Assembly (NCBI GenBank): GCA_026770705.1
Contig: JANJGN010000012.1
Coordinates: forward strand, 98,084,001 to 98,148,000
Source of the DNA: Isurus oxyrinchus
Taxonomy: Eukaryota
DNA: 64,000 nt
Reading direction: 5' to 3'
Below, one piece after another: positions 51,801-64,000 of the stretch. Each line of letters opens with the position of its first letter. Positions within the stretch are counted from its first letter, which is position 1. The notes under the pieces were generated by a model, which had not been told where the DNA came from, ran no database searches, and was given only the letters and a program-made list of their open reading frames with translations. The position numbers and the translations under genes were made by a program.

Positions 51801-53184
51801 AACACAATTTGCCTTTAACAAAACGGTGCTGGCTTTCCTTAATTAACCAAACTTGTCCAAGTGATTGTTAATTTTGTTGTGGATTATTATTTCTAAAAGC
51901 TTTCTCACCACTGAGGTAAAACGTTCTGACCTGTTCTTGCTGGGCTTATCATTACACCCTTTTTTGAACAACGTAAAGGACTTATTTTGAGGGATAGTGT
52001 TTGTCATGATATTAGTTCATTGTGGTAGTGGACTCTAGTATTAGATACTACGCAGCACTCTGTAATAGAGGTAGGGTCACCTGACCTGAGATTGAAGGTC
52101 AGATAGCACATGTGGAGCCTGTTTTTATAGAATTCAGTTACTGCAGAGATATGTGTTTATGTTAGGAAAATATGTTATCAATAAAGTTAGCTCAGCTACA
52201 ATGTCGACAGTCTGTGTGCATCATTCAAGTAAAAAACAAGACAGTGTTCACATAGGCTACGATTCTTTGGGACCGAGTTGTGCCGCATGTCGTAAACTGT
52301 TCGGTGGCCGAACTCCAGTGCCGATGGTTGGTAAGATCATCACAGCACCCAACCTGTACCTCAGGCTCATTCCAGGTTACCACACGGGATAGCAGACAAT
52401 TTATACTACACAGGTATATAAAGAAGGTGACTGATGTGTTGTTTACCACAATTAACAACTTCATGAGTTTCGCCATGGACAACTGAAAAGGACACTATTT
52501 ATTTCAAATGACAGGATCTTCCAAAGTATAGGACATCACTGTTTGCTCTGGCATATAACTCCAAATTCATGAACTGCAAAGGCTATTTCATATATCGTGT
52601 AGCTCTTCAGTGAAAGAAAAGTTAAGGGCAATTTCTTAGAATGGTTGGGAGTGTATTTTGTTCTGATACTGCTTTTGATTCAATGATTTGGATAGAGTGA
52701 ACAGTCCAAATTTGCGGAATATACTAAAATAAGAGACATAATTCTAAAAACAAAAGGAAGCTCCAGGGACATATTTATTAGTAAGGTGGACAAAAAAGTA
52801 GAAGATGAAATTTAATATCTAATTGCGAGGTGTTACATTTTGGCTTTTAAAAAGTATCATAACTATATTTTAATTGGGGAAACCTGCATCAACACTCTCC
52901 AAATATAAGTGGTGGATACCTCCACATTACCTGTCATCTGTAAAACATTGCTTGGCACAGTTTGTTTAACAGAAGAAAAAGCACGGTGAGCAGCAGATCT
53001 TAGCTCCTGATGCTGTGCGTATGTATCTTGTCTCCAATGCACTTGCTGCAATTATTTGCCTTATTTTGTTATGTTCCTGATACTACAGTGTCAACAAAAT
53101 CATAACAAAATGCTTTTCTTCTTAAGTGTTGGACATTTATCCCCAATCGTGAAATATTCCTGCTGAGGTAGTTGAATATGTCTT

Positions 53185-53302
53185 TCTGTGTGTGTGCGCA
53201 CGTGAGTGTTTGTGTGTGTATGTGACTGTGTGTTCATATGTGTGTGTGCATGTGTACGTGGGTATGTGCATGTGTATATGTGTGTGCCTCTGTGTGTGTG
53301 CA
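53185..53302. repeat. Degenerate (TG)n microsatellite
   Basis: Visible; a second one lies at about 59075-59125. Confidence 0.9.
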
Positions 53303-54294
53303 CAATCATTGTAGTTTGAATGATGATGAAATTCTGGAGTTTGCCCTGTTGACCTAGACTAGATAGCTGGTACTGACAAGAGCTCTTCACTGTCCTTGAC
53401 AGCTTGCCTTTATCAACAATGACATACTTTTATAATCAACATTTTTCCTCTTTGAAGCAAGGACTGGAAACGTTTTGATTCTGTCTTTGTCTTGAAAGAC
53501 TTTCTCTCAGGTTCTTTTATAGCACAAATTATGTGTATCATTCCTTGAGAGAAATGAAATATTAGCACTGGAGCCTTGTTTAGAAAACATTTGTGACTGT
53601 GCAAACTCATATATCTCCCAGCCAGAGAATATTTACTCATCACTGCGTAACTCCTTAATATATCATTTAATGATATGACCAACTAAATTTTAAATAATGT
53701 ATACAGAATGGTGAGTTCACCACCATGAAGTGTTGCCCTGCCACAGCTAACATAATTGTGTATGACCTGACCAGATTCTGGCGGTGTATTTTTTGCCCAG
53801 AATTCACAGTCGATGGATCAAAATCCTGGAACTCCCTGTGTACCTGCACCAGATGGACTGCAGCAGTTCAAGAAAGCACCTCACTACTAATTTCTCAACA
53901 GCAATTATGATTAGGCAACAAATGGTCTTTCCAGTGATGCCCACTTCCCATTAAAGAATAATAAAAATAAAATCAGAAGTATTGCATTTGAAGCACTTTA
54001 AATCATTTCCAAGAGGCGTGATGTTGTTATTGCATCTGACCGTCTTTAATTTTGTCTTTGGATCCAGTTATTTGTTCACGGTTGTATTCTATGAATGAAG
54101 CCCTTGACTCTGCCTGTGGGATATTTCTTAGTTATCCCACAAATTTTGGGTTTCATTGGGCCTAAATTTGCTGAAAACTCGTCATAGTAATGGCAAATCT
54201 ATGGCATTCAACATTACTTTGGCATTAATTTGAGGCACGGTAGGATAGTAGTGATAATGTTACTGGCTTAGAAATCCAAAGGCTCAGAATAATC

Positions 54295-55350
54295 AGAATT
54301 ATAGAATCATTACAACACTGAAGAAGTTTATTTGGCCCTTCATGTCTGTGCTGGCTCTCCTAAGGAGCAATCCATGTACTGTCACTCCCCTCACATCCCT
54401 GTACATTTCTCCTTTTCAGATATTTAGAAAATGTAGAAAACATTTTGACACAGGAGGCCACTGTGTCCATTGTGCCTGCACTGACTGAAAAATGAGCCAC
54501 CCAGCCTAATCCCATTTTCCAGCACTTGGTCAGTAGCCCTGGAGGCTATGGGACTTCAGGTGCATATACAGGCACCTTTGAAGTGAGTTGAGGGTTTCTG
54601 CCTCTACTATCCTTTCAGGCAGTGAGTTCCAGACCCACACAATTCTCTGGGTGACACATTTTCCTCATCTCCCCTCTAATCCTTTTATTAATACATTAAA
54701 CCTGTGCCCCCCAGTCACTGACATCTCTGCTGAGGAAAATAGGTCCATCCCATCCATTCTATCTAGCCATCTAACAATCTTGTACACCTTAATAAAATCG
54801 CCCTCAGCCTCCTCTGTTCCAAGGAAAACAACTCCAGCCTATCTAATCTTTCCTCATGGTTGCAATTTTCCACACCTGGTAATATCCTCGTAAATCTCCT
54901 CTTTACTTTCTCCAGTACAATTACATTCTTTCTGTAATGAGGTGATAATAACACCATTCGGTACTCAAGCTGTGGCCTAACTAGTGTTTTATGTAGTTCC
55001 GGCATAACTTCCCTGGTCTTATTTTCTATGCCTTGGCTAATAAAGGAATGTATTCCATCTGCCTTCTTAACCACCCTATTGTCCTGTCCTGCTACTTTCA
55101 GGGATCTAGCTATGGACCTGCAATCCAAGGCCTCTCAATTCCTCTACACCTCCCAGTACCCTCCCATTTATTGTGCACTCCTTTGCCTTGTTTGACCTCC
55201 CCAAATCCATGACCTCACTCTTCTCTGTATTGAATTCTATTTGCCACATTTCTGGCCAGTACATTGATATCTTTCTGCCACCTACAGGTACCCTCCTCAT
55301 GATCAACCATGTGGCCAATGTTTGTATAGACTGCAAACTTCTTGATCTGT
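54295..55350 (-). mobile_element. CR1 LINE 3' fragments
   Basis: ORF 54763-55128 LHKTLVRPQLEY..ERLDRLELFSLEQRRLR. Confidence 0.88.
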
Positions 55351-55650
55351 AAGTAATAAAAAGAAATAAACAAGAAAGACTTACATGTTGTGTAGTGCTT
55401 TCCAGGAGCACTGGACATCTCATAGCACTTTACAGCCAATGCAGTACTTTTGAAGTGCAGTCAATGTTATAATGTAGGAAATACCACGGCCAATTTGTGC
55501 ACAGCAAACTGCCACAAACGGCAATGTGATAATGACCAGATAGTCTTTTGTGATAAAAACAAAAAAACTGCAGATGCTGGAAATCCAAAACAAAAATAGA
55601 ATTACCTGGAAAAACTCAGCAGGTCTGGCAGCATCGGCGGAGAAGAAAAG

Positions 55651-55689
55651 AGTTGATGTTTCGAGTCCTCATGACCCTTCGACAGAACT
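55651..55689 (-). ncRNA. Minimal hammerhead-ribozyme-like motif in PLE pseudo-LTR
   Basis: AGTT-CTGTCGA-A-GGGTC-ATGAG-GACTC-GAAAC-ATC-AACT: stems I and II pair; core is variant. Confidence 0.55.
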
Positions 55690-56074
55690 TGAGTTCGAGT
55701 CCAAGAAAGAGTTGAAATATAAGTTGGTTTAAGGTGTGTGTGTGGGGGGCGGTGAGATAGAGAGAGAGAGAGGTGGGGGGGTGGGGGGGGGTGGGGTGTG
55801 GTTGTATGGACAAACAAGCAGTGATAGAAGCAGATCATCAAAAGATGTCAACGACAATGGTACAATAGAACACATAGATGTTAAAGTTAAAGTTGGTGAT
55901 ATTATCTAAACGAATGTGCTAATTAAGAATGGATGGTAGGGCACTCAAGGTATAGCTCTAGTGGGGGTGTTTTTTTTATATAATGGAAATAGGTGGGAAA
56001 AGAAAAATCTTTATAATTTATAGGAAAAAAAAGGAAGGGGGAAACAGAAAGGGGGTGGGGATGGGGGAGGGAGC

Positions 56075-57871
56075 TCACGACCTAAAGTTGTTGAATTCAA
56101 TATTCAGTCCGGAAGGCTGTAAGGTGCCTAGTCGGAAGATGAGGTGTTGTTCCTCCAGTTTGCGTTGGGCTTCACTGGAACAATGCAGCAAGCCAAGGAC
56201 AGACATGTGGGCAAGAGAGCAGGGTGGAGTGTTAAAATGGCAAGCGACAGGGAGGTTTGGGTCATTCTTGCGGACAGACCGCAGGTGTTCTGCAAAGCGG
56301 TCGCCCAGTTTACGTTTGGTCTCTCCAATGTAGAGGAGACCACATTGGGAGCAACGAATGCAGTAGACTAAGTTGGGGGAAATGCAAGTGAAATGCTGTT
56401 TCATTTGAAAGGAGTGTTTGGGCCCTTGGACGGTGAGGAGAGAGGAAGTGAAGGGGCAGGTGTAACATCTTTTGCGTGGGCATGGGTTGGTGCCATAGGA
56501 GGGGGTGATGGAGTAGGGGGTGATGGAGGAGTGGACCAGGGTGTCCCGGAGGGAGCGATCCCTACGGAATGCCGATAAGGGGGGTGAAGGGAAGATGTGT
56601 TTGGTGGTGGCATCATGCTGGAGTTGGCGGAAATGGCGGAGGATGATCCTTTGAATGCGGAGGCTGGTGGGGTGATAAGTGAGGACAAGGGGGACCCTAT
56701 CATGTTTCTGGGAGAGAAGAGAAGGCGTGAGGGCGGATGCTCGGGAGATGGGCCAGACACGGTTGCGGGCCCTGTCAATGACCCTGGGTGGAAAACTTCG
56801 GCTAAGGAAGAAGGAGGACATGTCAGAGGAACTGTTTTTGAAGGTAGCATCATCGGAACAGATGCGACGAAGGCGAAGGAACTGAGAGAATGGGATGGAG
56901 TCTTTACAGGAAGCGGGGTGTGAGGAGCTGTAGTCGAGGTAGCTGTGGGAGGTGGTGGGTTTGTAATGGATATTGGTGGACAGTCTATCACCAGAGATTG
57001 AGACAGAGAGGTCAAGGAAGGGAAGGGAAGTGTCAGAGATGGACCACGTGAAAATGATGGAGGTGTGGGGATTGGAAGCAAAATTAATACATTTTTCCAA
57101 GTCCCGACAAGAGCATGAAGCGGCACCGAAGTAATCATCGATGTACCGGAGAAAAAGTTGAGGAAGGGGGCCGGAGTAGGACTGCAACAAGGAATGTTCC
57201 ACATACCCCATAAAGAGACAGGCATAGCTGGGGCCCATGAGGGTACCCATAGCCACACCTTTTATTTGGAGGAAGTGAGAGGAGTTGAAGGAGAAATTGT
57301 TCAGCGTGAGAACAAGTTCAGCCAGACGGAGGAGAGTAGTAGTGGATGGGGATTGTTTGGGCCTCTGTTCGAGGAAGAAGCTAAGGGCCCTCAGACCATC
57401 TTGGTGGGGGATGGAGGTGTAGAGGGATTGGACGTCCATGGTGAAGAGGAAGTGGTTGGGGCCAGGGAACTGGAAATTGTTGATGTGATGTAAGGTGTCA
57501 GAGGAATCACGGATGTAGGTGGGAAGGGACTGGACAAGGGGAGAGAGAAGGGAGTCAAGATAACGAGAAATGAGTTCTGTGGGGCAGGAGCAAGCTGAGA
57601 CGATCGGTCTACTGGGGCAGTTCTGTTTGTGGATTTTGGGTAGGAGATAGAAGCGGGCCGTCCGAGGTTGGGCGACTATCAGGTTGGAAGCTGTGGGAGG
57701 GAGATCCCCAGAGGAGATGAGGTCAGTGACAGTCCTGGAAACAATGGCTTGATGTTCAGTGGTGGGGTCATGGTCCAGGGAGAGGTAGGAGGAAGTGTAT
57801 GCGAGTTGACGCTCAGCCTCCGCGAGGTAGAGGTCAGTGCGCCAGACAACAACAGCACCACCCTTGTCAGC
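56075..57871 (-). CDS. PLE reverse transcriptase + GIY-YIG endonuclease (5'-truncated open frame)
   Basis: ADKGGAVVV, FYLLPKIHK, RPIVS, MDVQSLYTSIP, QIKGVAMG, RYIDD, PFLDL, VYCIRCSQCGLLYIGETKR; by manual reading the frame stays open upstream of the listed ATG. Confidence 0.9.
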   Translation of the reverse strand, partial: ADKGGAVVVWRTDLYLAEAERQLAYTSSYLSLDHDPTTEHQAIVSRTVTDLISSGDLPPTASNLIVAQPRTARFYLLPKIHKQNCPSRPIVSACSCPTELISRYLDSLLSPLVQSLPTYIRDSSDTLHHINNFQFPGPNHFLFTMDVQSLYTSIPHQDGLRALSFFLEQRPKQSPSTTTLLRLAELVLTLNNFSFNSSHFLQIKGVAMGTLMGPSYACLFMGYVEHSLLQSYSGPLPQLFLRYIDDYFGAASCSCRDLEKCINFASNPHTSIIFTWSISDTSLPFLDLSVSISGDRLSTNIHYKPTTSHSYLDYSSSHPASCKDSIPFSQFLRLRRICSDDATFKNSSSDMSSFFLSRSFPPRVIDRARNRVWPISRASALTPSLLSQKHDRVPLVLTYHPTSLRIQRIILRHFRQLQHDATTKHIFPSPPLSAFRRDRSLRDTLVHSSITPYSITPSYGTNPCPRKRCYTCPFTSSLLTVQGPKHSFQMKQHFTCISPNLVYCIRCSQCGLLYIGETKRKLGDRFAEHLRSVRKNDPNLPVACHFNTPPCSLAHMSVLGLLHCSSEAQRKLEEQHLIFRLGTLQPSGLNIEFNNFRS

Positions 57872-59199
57872 GCGTCTGTTCCGATGATGCTACCTTCAAA
57901 AACGGTTCCTCTGACATGTCCTCCTTCTTCCTTAACCGAGGTTTTCCACCCACGGTCGTTGACAGGGCCCTCAACCGTATCCGGCCCATCTCCCGCGCAT
58001 CCACCCTCACGCCTTCTCCTCCCTCCCAGAAACATGATAGGGTCCCCTTTGTCCTCACTTATCACCCCACCAGCCTCCGCATTCAAAGGATCATCCTCCG
58101 CCATTTCCGCCAACTCCAGCATGATGCCACCACCAAACACATCTTCCCTTCACCCCCCTTATCGGCATTCCGTAGGGATCGGTCCCTCCGGGACACCCTG
58201 GTCCACTCCTCCATCACCCCCTACTCCTCAACCCCCTCCTATGGCACCACCCCATGCCCACGCAAAAGGTGTAACACCTGCCCCTTCACTTCCTCTCTCC
58301 TCACCGTCCAAGGGCCCAAACACTCCTTTCAAGTGAAGCAGCATTTCACTTGCATTTCCCCCAACTTAGTCTTTTGTGATGTTGACTGAGAGACAAATAT
58401 TAGCCAGGACACCATGGATAGCTCCCCTGCTCTTCTTTGAAACAGTCTCAAGGGATCTTTTACATCCACCCAAGCAGGCAGATGTGGTTTTGGTTTAATA
58501 CCTCACCTGAAAGACAACATCTCTGACAGTGCAGCACTCCCTCATTACTGCACTGTAGTGTCTGCATTGAGTTTTGTTCTCAAGCCCTAGAGTAGAACTA
58601 GAGCCAGGTGGGGTTGGAAGGTGCTGTCCTTCAACAGTACCTTCCAAACCCACAACTATTACTTTCTAGAAGGACACGGGCAACAGATAGATGGAAATAT
58701 CACCACCTGGAAGTTCCCCTCCAATTAACTCACCATGACTTGGAAATATATCACAGTTCCTTCATTGTCGCTGGGTCAACATCCTGGAACTCCCTTCCCA
58801 ATAGCACTGTGGGCGTACCTACACCACATGAACTGCAGCAGTTCAAGTAGATAGCTCACCACAATCTTCTCAAGCGCAACTAGGGATGGGCAATAACTGC
58901 TGGCCCAGCCAGCGAAGCCCACATCATCTTGACCTCTTGACTCAGAGATAAGAATTCTTAACCATGACTGACACTCAAAATTGTTTTCTTTTCTTCTACA
59001 AGTATAGACAAGGTTAAATTGGGGCGAGGGGAGATGGTGGGGGTGGGGGCTGCTGGGGTGGTGGACAGAGAAGTGTATGTGTGCATGTGCATATGAGCAT
59101 GTATGTGTGTGTGTATGGATGTGTGAAGCTAGGTGAGAAGGTACCTTTCAGAGCAGACTCGATGGGCCGAATGGCCTAATTTCTGCTCCTATGTCTTAT

Positions 59200-62100
59200 G
59201 GTCTTACTCTCAAATGCTAGTGGGTATCCCATGCTGGGAAGGTATGGGTGTGGGTTTGGTGTGTCTGCACTGGAAGCTTTGAAAATGGACGTATAGTGGC
59301 GTCAAACTACTTTTCTGGCTACACTATACATGTTCAGTTGATGCTGAACATGTGTTCAGCTGCATCAGGCTCTCCCCCACTAGTGTTATTTAAAGGGGCA
59401 GCCATCCAAAGTACTGCTGAAGTGCATTTGATTTTATTTTGCTCTTGCAATGTTTGTGGAAGTATTGTGGTGTTTTCTTGGACATTCTAGTAACTTGCAT
59501 GTTTTATTAGGGATGTTGCTGCATCCTGCCAAGGAGGTCAGAGGAGCTAGTGACATTAAAACAGAAAGGATAGGGGCTATGGAGGCTGTAAGTTGCAGTT
59601 CCTACTAGTCAGCAACATGACAGGAAAATGGAGTTGAGGTTGCAATCAGAGGAAGCTGTATGCAAGAGAAGCCCATATCACTAATGGCCATTCAGGAACT
59701 ATTCTACCCACACCTCAGGCAAGAACTATGTCTGAGATGCCTGTGATTCACCCAGGAGTTGGTGACTGAACTGTGCAACCTTCTTCAACAGGACTTTCAG
59801 ACTCACAGCAAGGTGAGGGCAGCATTGCAGTGGCCGCTGAAGTCTCACCATCACAATCAGTTTTTTATGGAAATGAATCCTTCCGGGTGGGATCAGGCGG
59901 CACTGCCAGCACCTCCCAGTTGCCATCCTTCCCTGCATCTGAGAAGTGAGAGATACCCTGTATACCAGGAGAGAAGATGTCATTATCTTTTCTCTGACCA
60001 AATAGTAGTAAGAAGAGCAGGCATATGGCTTTGCAGGCTAGGGAGATCCCCAGTGAAGCAGGGTGCCCTTGATGCATGCACGTGGATCTGTGGGTCCCCA
60101 CATGTCAATGGGCAGAGATATAGGAACCACAAAGAGTTCCATTTTATTAATGTGCATTTGGTGTGCGACCTTGACCAGAACATCATTTGGTGAATGCCCT
60201 CTAACCTGGCAGCAGCCATGCCACTTTCATCCTGATCAGGAGGCAGTCTGCCATTCCAACCCACTTGAGAAAACAGAGGGTGGCTGCTTAGGGATAACCA
60301 CTAAAACCATGGCTGATGACTTCCCTCTGGCCCAAATATGCAAAGATAATGTGCCTATAGTGAGAGCAATGCTTCCACCAGGAACATCAAGAAGCAGGCC
60401 ATTGGTATTCACGAGCAACAGTTCCGCTGACTTGACTGCAATGCTCGCTGGAGCATGTATTCAAATTTGTGATGTTCTGTTGCATCCTCCTCAATCTCGC
60501 CATAATGAGAATACAGATCTTGCCACCAGGTGTAGGAGGAGGAAGTGCAGGGAACAATTGGGATTCCTGCACTCCAGACAGGCTGTTCATATACACCGAA
60601 TGAGACTCAGTTTTCCTTAGGGTGTCATCTTATCCCCACCATTGCTTTGCAATGTCCCACCTTTCAATCCACCTGTTACGCCCCGTTACAACATTCTTGT
60701 AGCCAAAACCCCTGCAATAAAAGCCGCCAACAAAAAACCTTTATTATATTATTCGTAAAGAGCTAGGAATTAATTGTTATGTGGATGTACACCCAGGGTG
60801 ACACATTTTACTGCTTCATTGCAGTCAAGTGCCAGGCAACGATGTATCAGTCCACCAGCTACATGGAGAATAGTGAGAAATACATTGATGAAGCTCCAGA
60901 ATTTCCAGTCTAAAAGTGTGATTATTTCAAATTTTTGGGAACCGGAAGACATAACACCTTTGCATTACAACTTCATCCAACAACACAGCCAGTATTAAAT
61001 TCTTGTGTGTGCCTTTGCCCCTCCTAGTGTTTCTGTACAGTGCTACCCCAATGGCTGCAGAATGGCTGGTGGAATGTAACTGACTTTCACTGAGGGAAAT
61101 TGCAGATGGCCTCACAGGGCAACCTCAATCAGCTCTGGGCCATGAAGATATGGCTTCGGACTCCACCATCTCAGCATGGGAGACAGCAGCCTGGGCTGAC
61201 AGGCAACAGCAAGGCCACAGGTGGAGTGACTGTGTTGGGGGTCATCCTGAGAGAGAAAAGCAGGTTTTTGCACCACAATGCCCACTGCCACTCCCCCATG
61301 GCAACACCTCAGCAACCTGAGCAACCTGTTGGAAGACTGATTGCTGAACAGCTGTGAGAACCAGCATTCCTTTGAGCACTGAGATTTGCAGCCATAATGT
61401 CAGCAGTCTGAGCCTGCATGATAGGAAATACGCAACTCATGACCTCCACCTGATTTTCCACTGCAGCACTCAGGCGTCTGATGGCACTTGCCTGTGCTGC
61501 TAACACCAGACACTGGCAAGTCCACAAGTGCTGACAGAGAATTGGTCACCACTTTCACACGGCTCCAAACCTCTGCGTAAAGCCCTGTGTCAAGTTGAAG
61601 GCAAACTTCTCCTCCATGCTCGTTGATAGTGACAACAGGCTGTTTAACAAACCTGCCAATGCACCATGCATCTTGGTATGTATGCTCATAAGCATAGTTC
61701 TGTAGACTGTCTGATTGAAGTCTTCATCTGAGCCCTTACAGTGGAACTCGTCCCTGACCTCATCCTATGGGGAGCTGGCAAACAGACTGCCCTTTCCTCT
61801 CAGCCTGCCTACAATTCAGTGGTGCCAAGTGATTTACCAAGTCCAGACCCGGACTCCATAGCAGCCTCTAGGATATATGCAGTGCCTGTATCACAGGTGG
61901 AAGCTGTGAGTGTCATAACAAGTAACGGGGCCTTTTCATTGGAGGTGTGGTGCAGCTCTTGCCCTTTCTTCTGAGGCTGCACCTGTTGGCCAGCTAATTC
62001 TTGTGTATCCGAAAGCAGAACATCAGTAGGGGAAGGGAGAATGATGGAAGGGGTGGGGAGTGGTTTGGCGATGGGATGCAAAACAAGAGGTCCATGGCCA

Positions 62101-63935
62101 CAGGATTTGCAGCTTGCACTTCATGCCAGCTAACAGGATATGGGTAAGGTGGGATTTGAAAGGGGCATATGACAGGAAAATACCACCATCTCCAATGCTC
62201 TCAAAGGCTCCAGATGCAATGGCCTCTTTCACAGCCATCCCATCGCTGCTGAGGACCATCTCCTCCAATGGGTTTAGGCGATACAGGAGCACTTGTTAAA
62301 TAGCTTGGAGGAACATAGAAGCTGTGAGAGGTGAGTGTGAGGCTATCATCATTAATGGATATATGAGGGTGACGTGGAGCATCTGAATGTTAGACATGGA
62401 AATAATGATTTGAAACAGAAATTGAATAGGCACTTGAAGGAAAAAAACTTGCAGGGCTATGGCAAAGAGCAGGGGAATGACATGGGGCTGGATTTCGCAC
62501 AGAGCACTGGCATGGCTTTGATGGACAGAATATCCTTCCCCTGTGCTGTATTAACCCTATGGGGAGAACCTAATGCTGCTCCCTTGAATGGGAAATGAGG
62601 CGTGCAGAAGGCGAAAAGTGAGCTTCCTGAAGGTGGGATTAAAGGTGAGTATTGAGTTTGCGGTAGAATGCAGGTGGATCGGCAAGTGGAGGAAACTTAT
62701 TTGTAATATATTAGCACGTCCTGCATACAGTACTCATTAAAACATATGCTCGCCAGGTTAAATGCTATCTCTGCAATTAGCGGCAGTGAAGGAGAAACGT
62801 ATGACTTCATGTTCACACCTGGGTTAATGGTGTGTGCAGCAAGCGGATTATCTTCCTGGTGGATTTTGAGTGAGTAGGAGCAACTTTACTTGTATGGGTA
62901 ACTTTGTTGGACTAGGGAAGAGGAGGTTGAGCTGTTGCTTTGAGCTCGGGTATCAGCTTTCCAGGCAGGTCAGACACAAGAAGGTCGTGGGCAACAGATG
63001 GAGAGAGCTGGATGACACAGGGAAGGTTAATATTGACTGACAGCAAATCAAGTATGATAAGGTGTGATCAAGGGTGGTTGAGGGCAAATCAATGGTGAGG
63101 CTGGAAGAGTCAGGGGTAACCAAGGGCAGGTCAAGGATGATAGAGGGAGGGTTCAGGATGACATCTGGCAGGGCAAGAGTGACAGGGTGTGGGTCCAGGA
63201 TGCCAGAGGCAGCTTGATGTTGATAGGGAGCAGCTCTAGGCTGACAAACAGTTGATCAAGGGTAATAGTGGGATGGCTCGAGGGTCAACGAAGGTAGGGC
63301 AAGGGTGATGGAGGGAGGGTTGAGGGTGATGGAGGGGTCAAAGGTGACTGACTGAGAGTGCAGGGTGATGGCTTGCAGTTCAGTGTCAGAGTGGGAGCAT
63401 TCAGAGACATAGCTATGCTGGTAGAATGAGATGACAGGAGACCAGGTCAAGAAGACAGTTGGCCATAGTAGGGTGGGTGGAGACCAGGATATGGTCAATG
63501 CACAGTAGTAGGCTACCCATTGTTCCACGGTCCTCAAGTCATGGAGGAGGGTCAAATACACGATGCCAACCAAATCTTTGCTGGTCCTCTGTCTGCAGTT
63601 CACTTCAGGCAGATAGGATGGCTCTCATGCACCCAGTGTTTTTTGATGTTGTGTTCGAGAAGGAGAGGAACTGCAGAGGATGGTCCAGGGACAGATGTAG
63701 CAATGGCCAGCAGGACAAAAAAAGACAGCATCAGAGGGTCAGGAAGCTCAGTTGCTGGCAACCAGGAGCCAGTGCACAAGGAGAAACTACCTGCAAATGT
63801 TAGAGACGTAATGTCAGAGAGGGCTAAGGATGTCAAGGCAGTCAATCACTGTCCTATGTCAATTCCTGCAGGAAGACCTTCAGCCCTGCGGAATGGGATG
63901 TAATCCTTTGCCGGTAGCCTTAAAAGTTACAGCAG
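59200..63935. mobile_element. Old Harbinger copy F (transposase remnant + at about 59600-60600; Myb remnant -)
   Basis: KQGALDAC..YRNHKEFHFINVHLVCD; LNPLEEMVL-type Myb exon near 62270; ends uncertain; CR1 scrap at about 62400-62560. Confidence 0.6.
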
Positions 63936-64000
63936 CCTTGAATTTCTACGCCACCCAGTTATTCCATGGCTACATGGGTGAGTCAGCCCCACACAAATGC

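Larger units (their letters stand above)
55555..58366 (-). mobile_element. Penelope-like retroelement, 5'-truncated with an inverted internal duplicate
   Basis: 14-bp TSD TAGTCTTTTGTGAT at 55541-55554 and 58367-58380. Confidence 0.93.
55375..58600 (-). mobile_element. Deu-domain-like SINE (SacSINE1/AmnSINE-like) split by the PLE
   Basis: CACTTTACAGCCAATG..CTTTTGAAGTG on the left; GGGATCTTTTACATCCACC..GACAGTGCAGCACTCCCTC on the right; family name is from recall. Confidence 0.65.

Noticed and set aside
56401-58336. Alternative-frame ORFs of 150-285 aa over the PLE
   Set aside because: Shadow frames of the C-rich PLE coding strand and its inverted duplicate.

Overview
Repeat-dense, AT-rich vertebrate genomic DNA, most likely a shark/elasmobranch (inferred from CR1/HER1-type LINEs, a Deu-domain SINE and Penelope pseudo-LTRs; species not determinable here). 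I cannot support any host protein-coding gene, and most ORF-track entries are transposon fragments or chance ORFs. The window holds about seven degenerate PIF/Harbinger elements (Myb/SANT and/or HARBI1-like transposase), several Harbinger-type MITEs with 3-bp TSDs, CR1 and other LINE fragments, a decayed Gypsy internal region split by a 1.25-kb solo LTR, and Penelope-like elements (PLEs), one with an apparently open RT-GIY-YIG frame and hammerhead-like motifs. It also has SINEs and a tRNA-Val pseudogene. Main leads: (1) a TSD-bounded tRNA-derived tandem SINE / Tx1-tail chimera at 43372-43965 that looks like a self-targeting SINE-LINE pair; (2) three Harbinger copies each hit by a different insert at the same 14-bp Myb stop-codon site; (3) two templated local-DNA insertions inside MITEs; (4) a PLE hairpin whose apex sits in the ribozyme core. 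All calls were made by eye; coordinates without a TSD are approximate.
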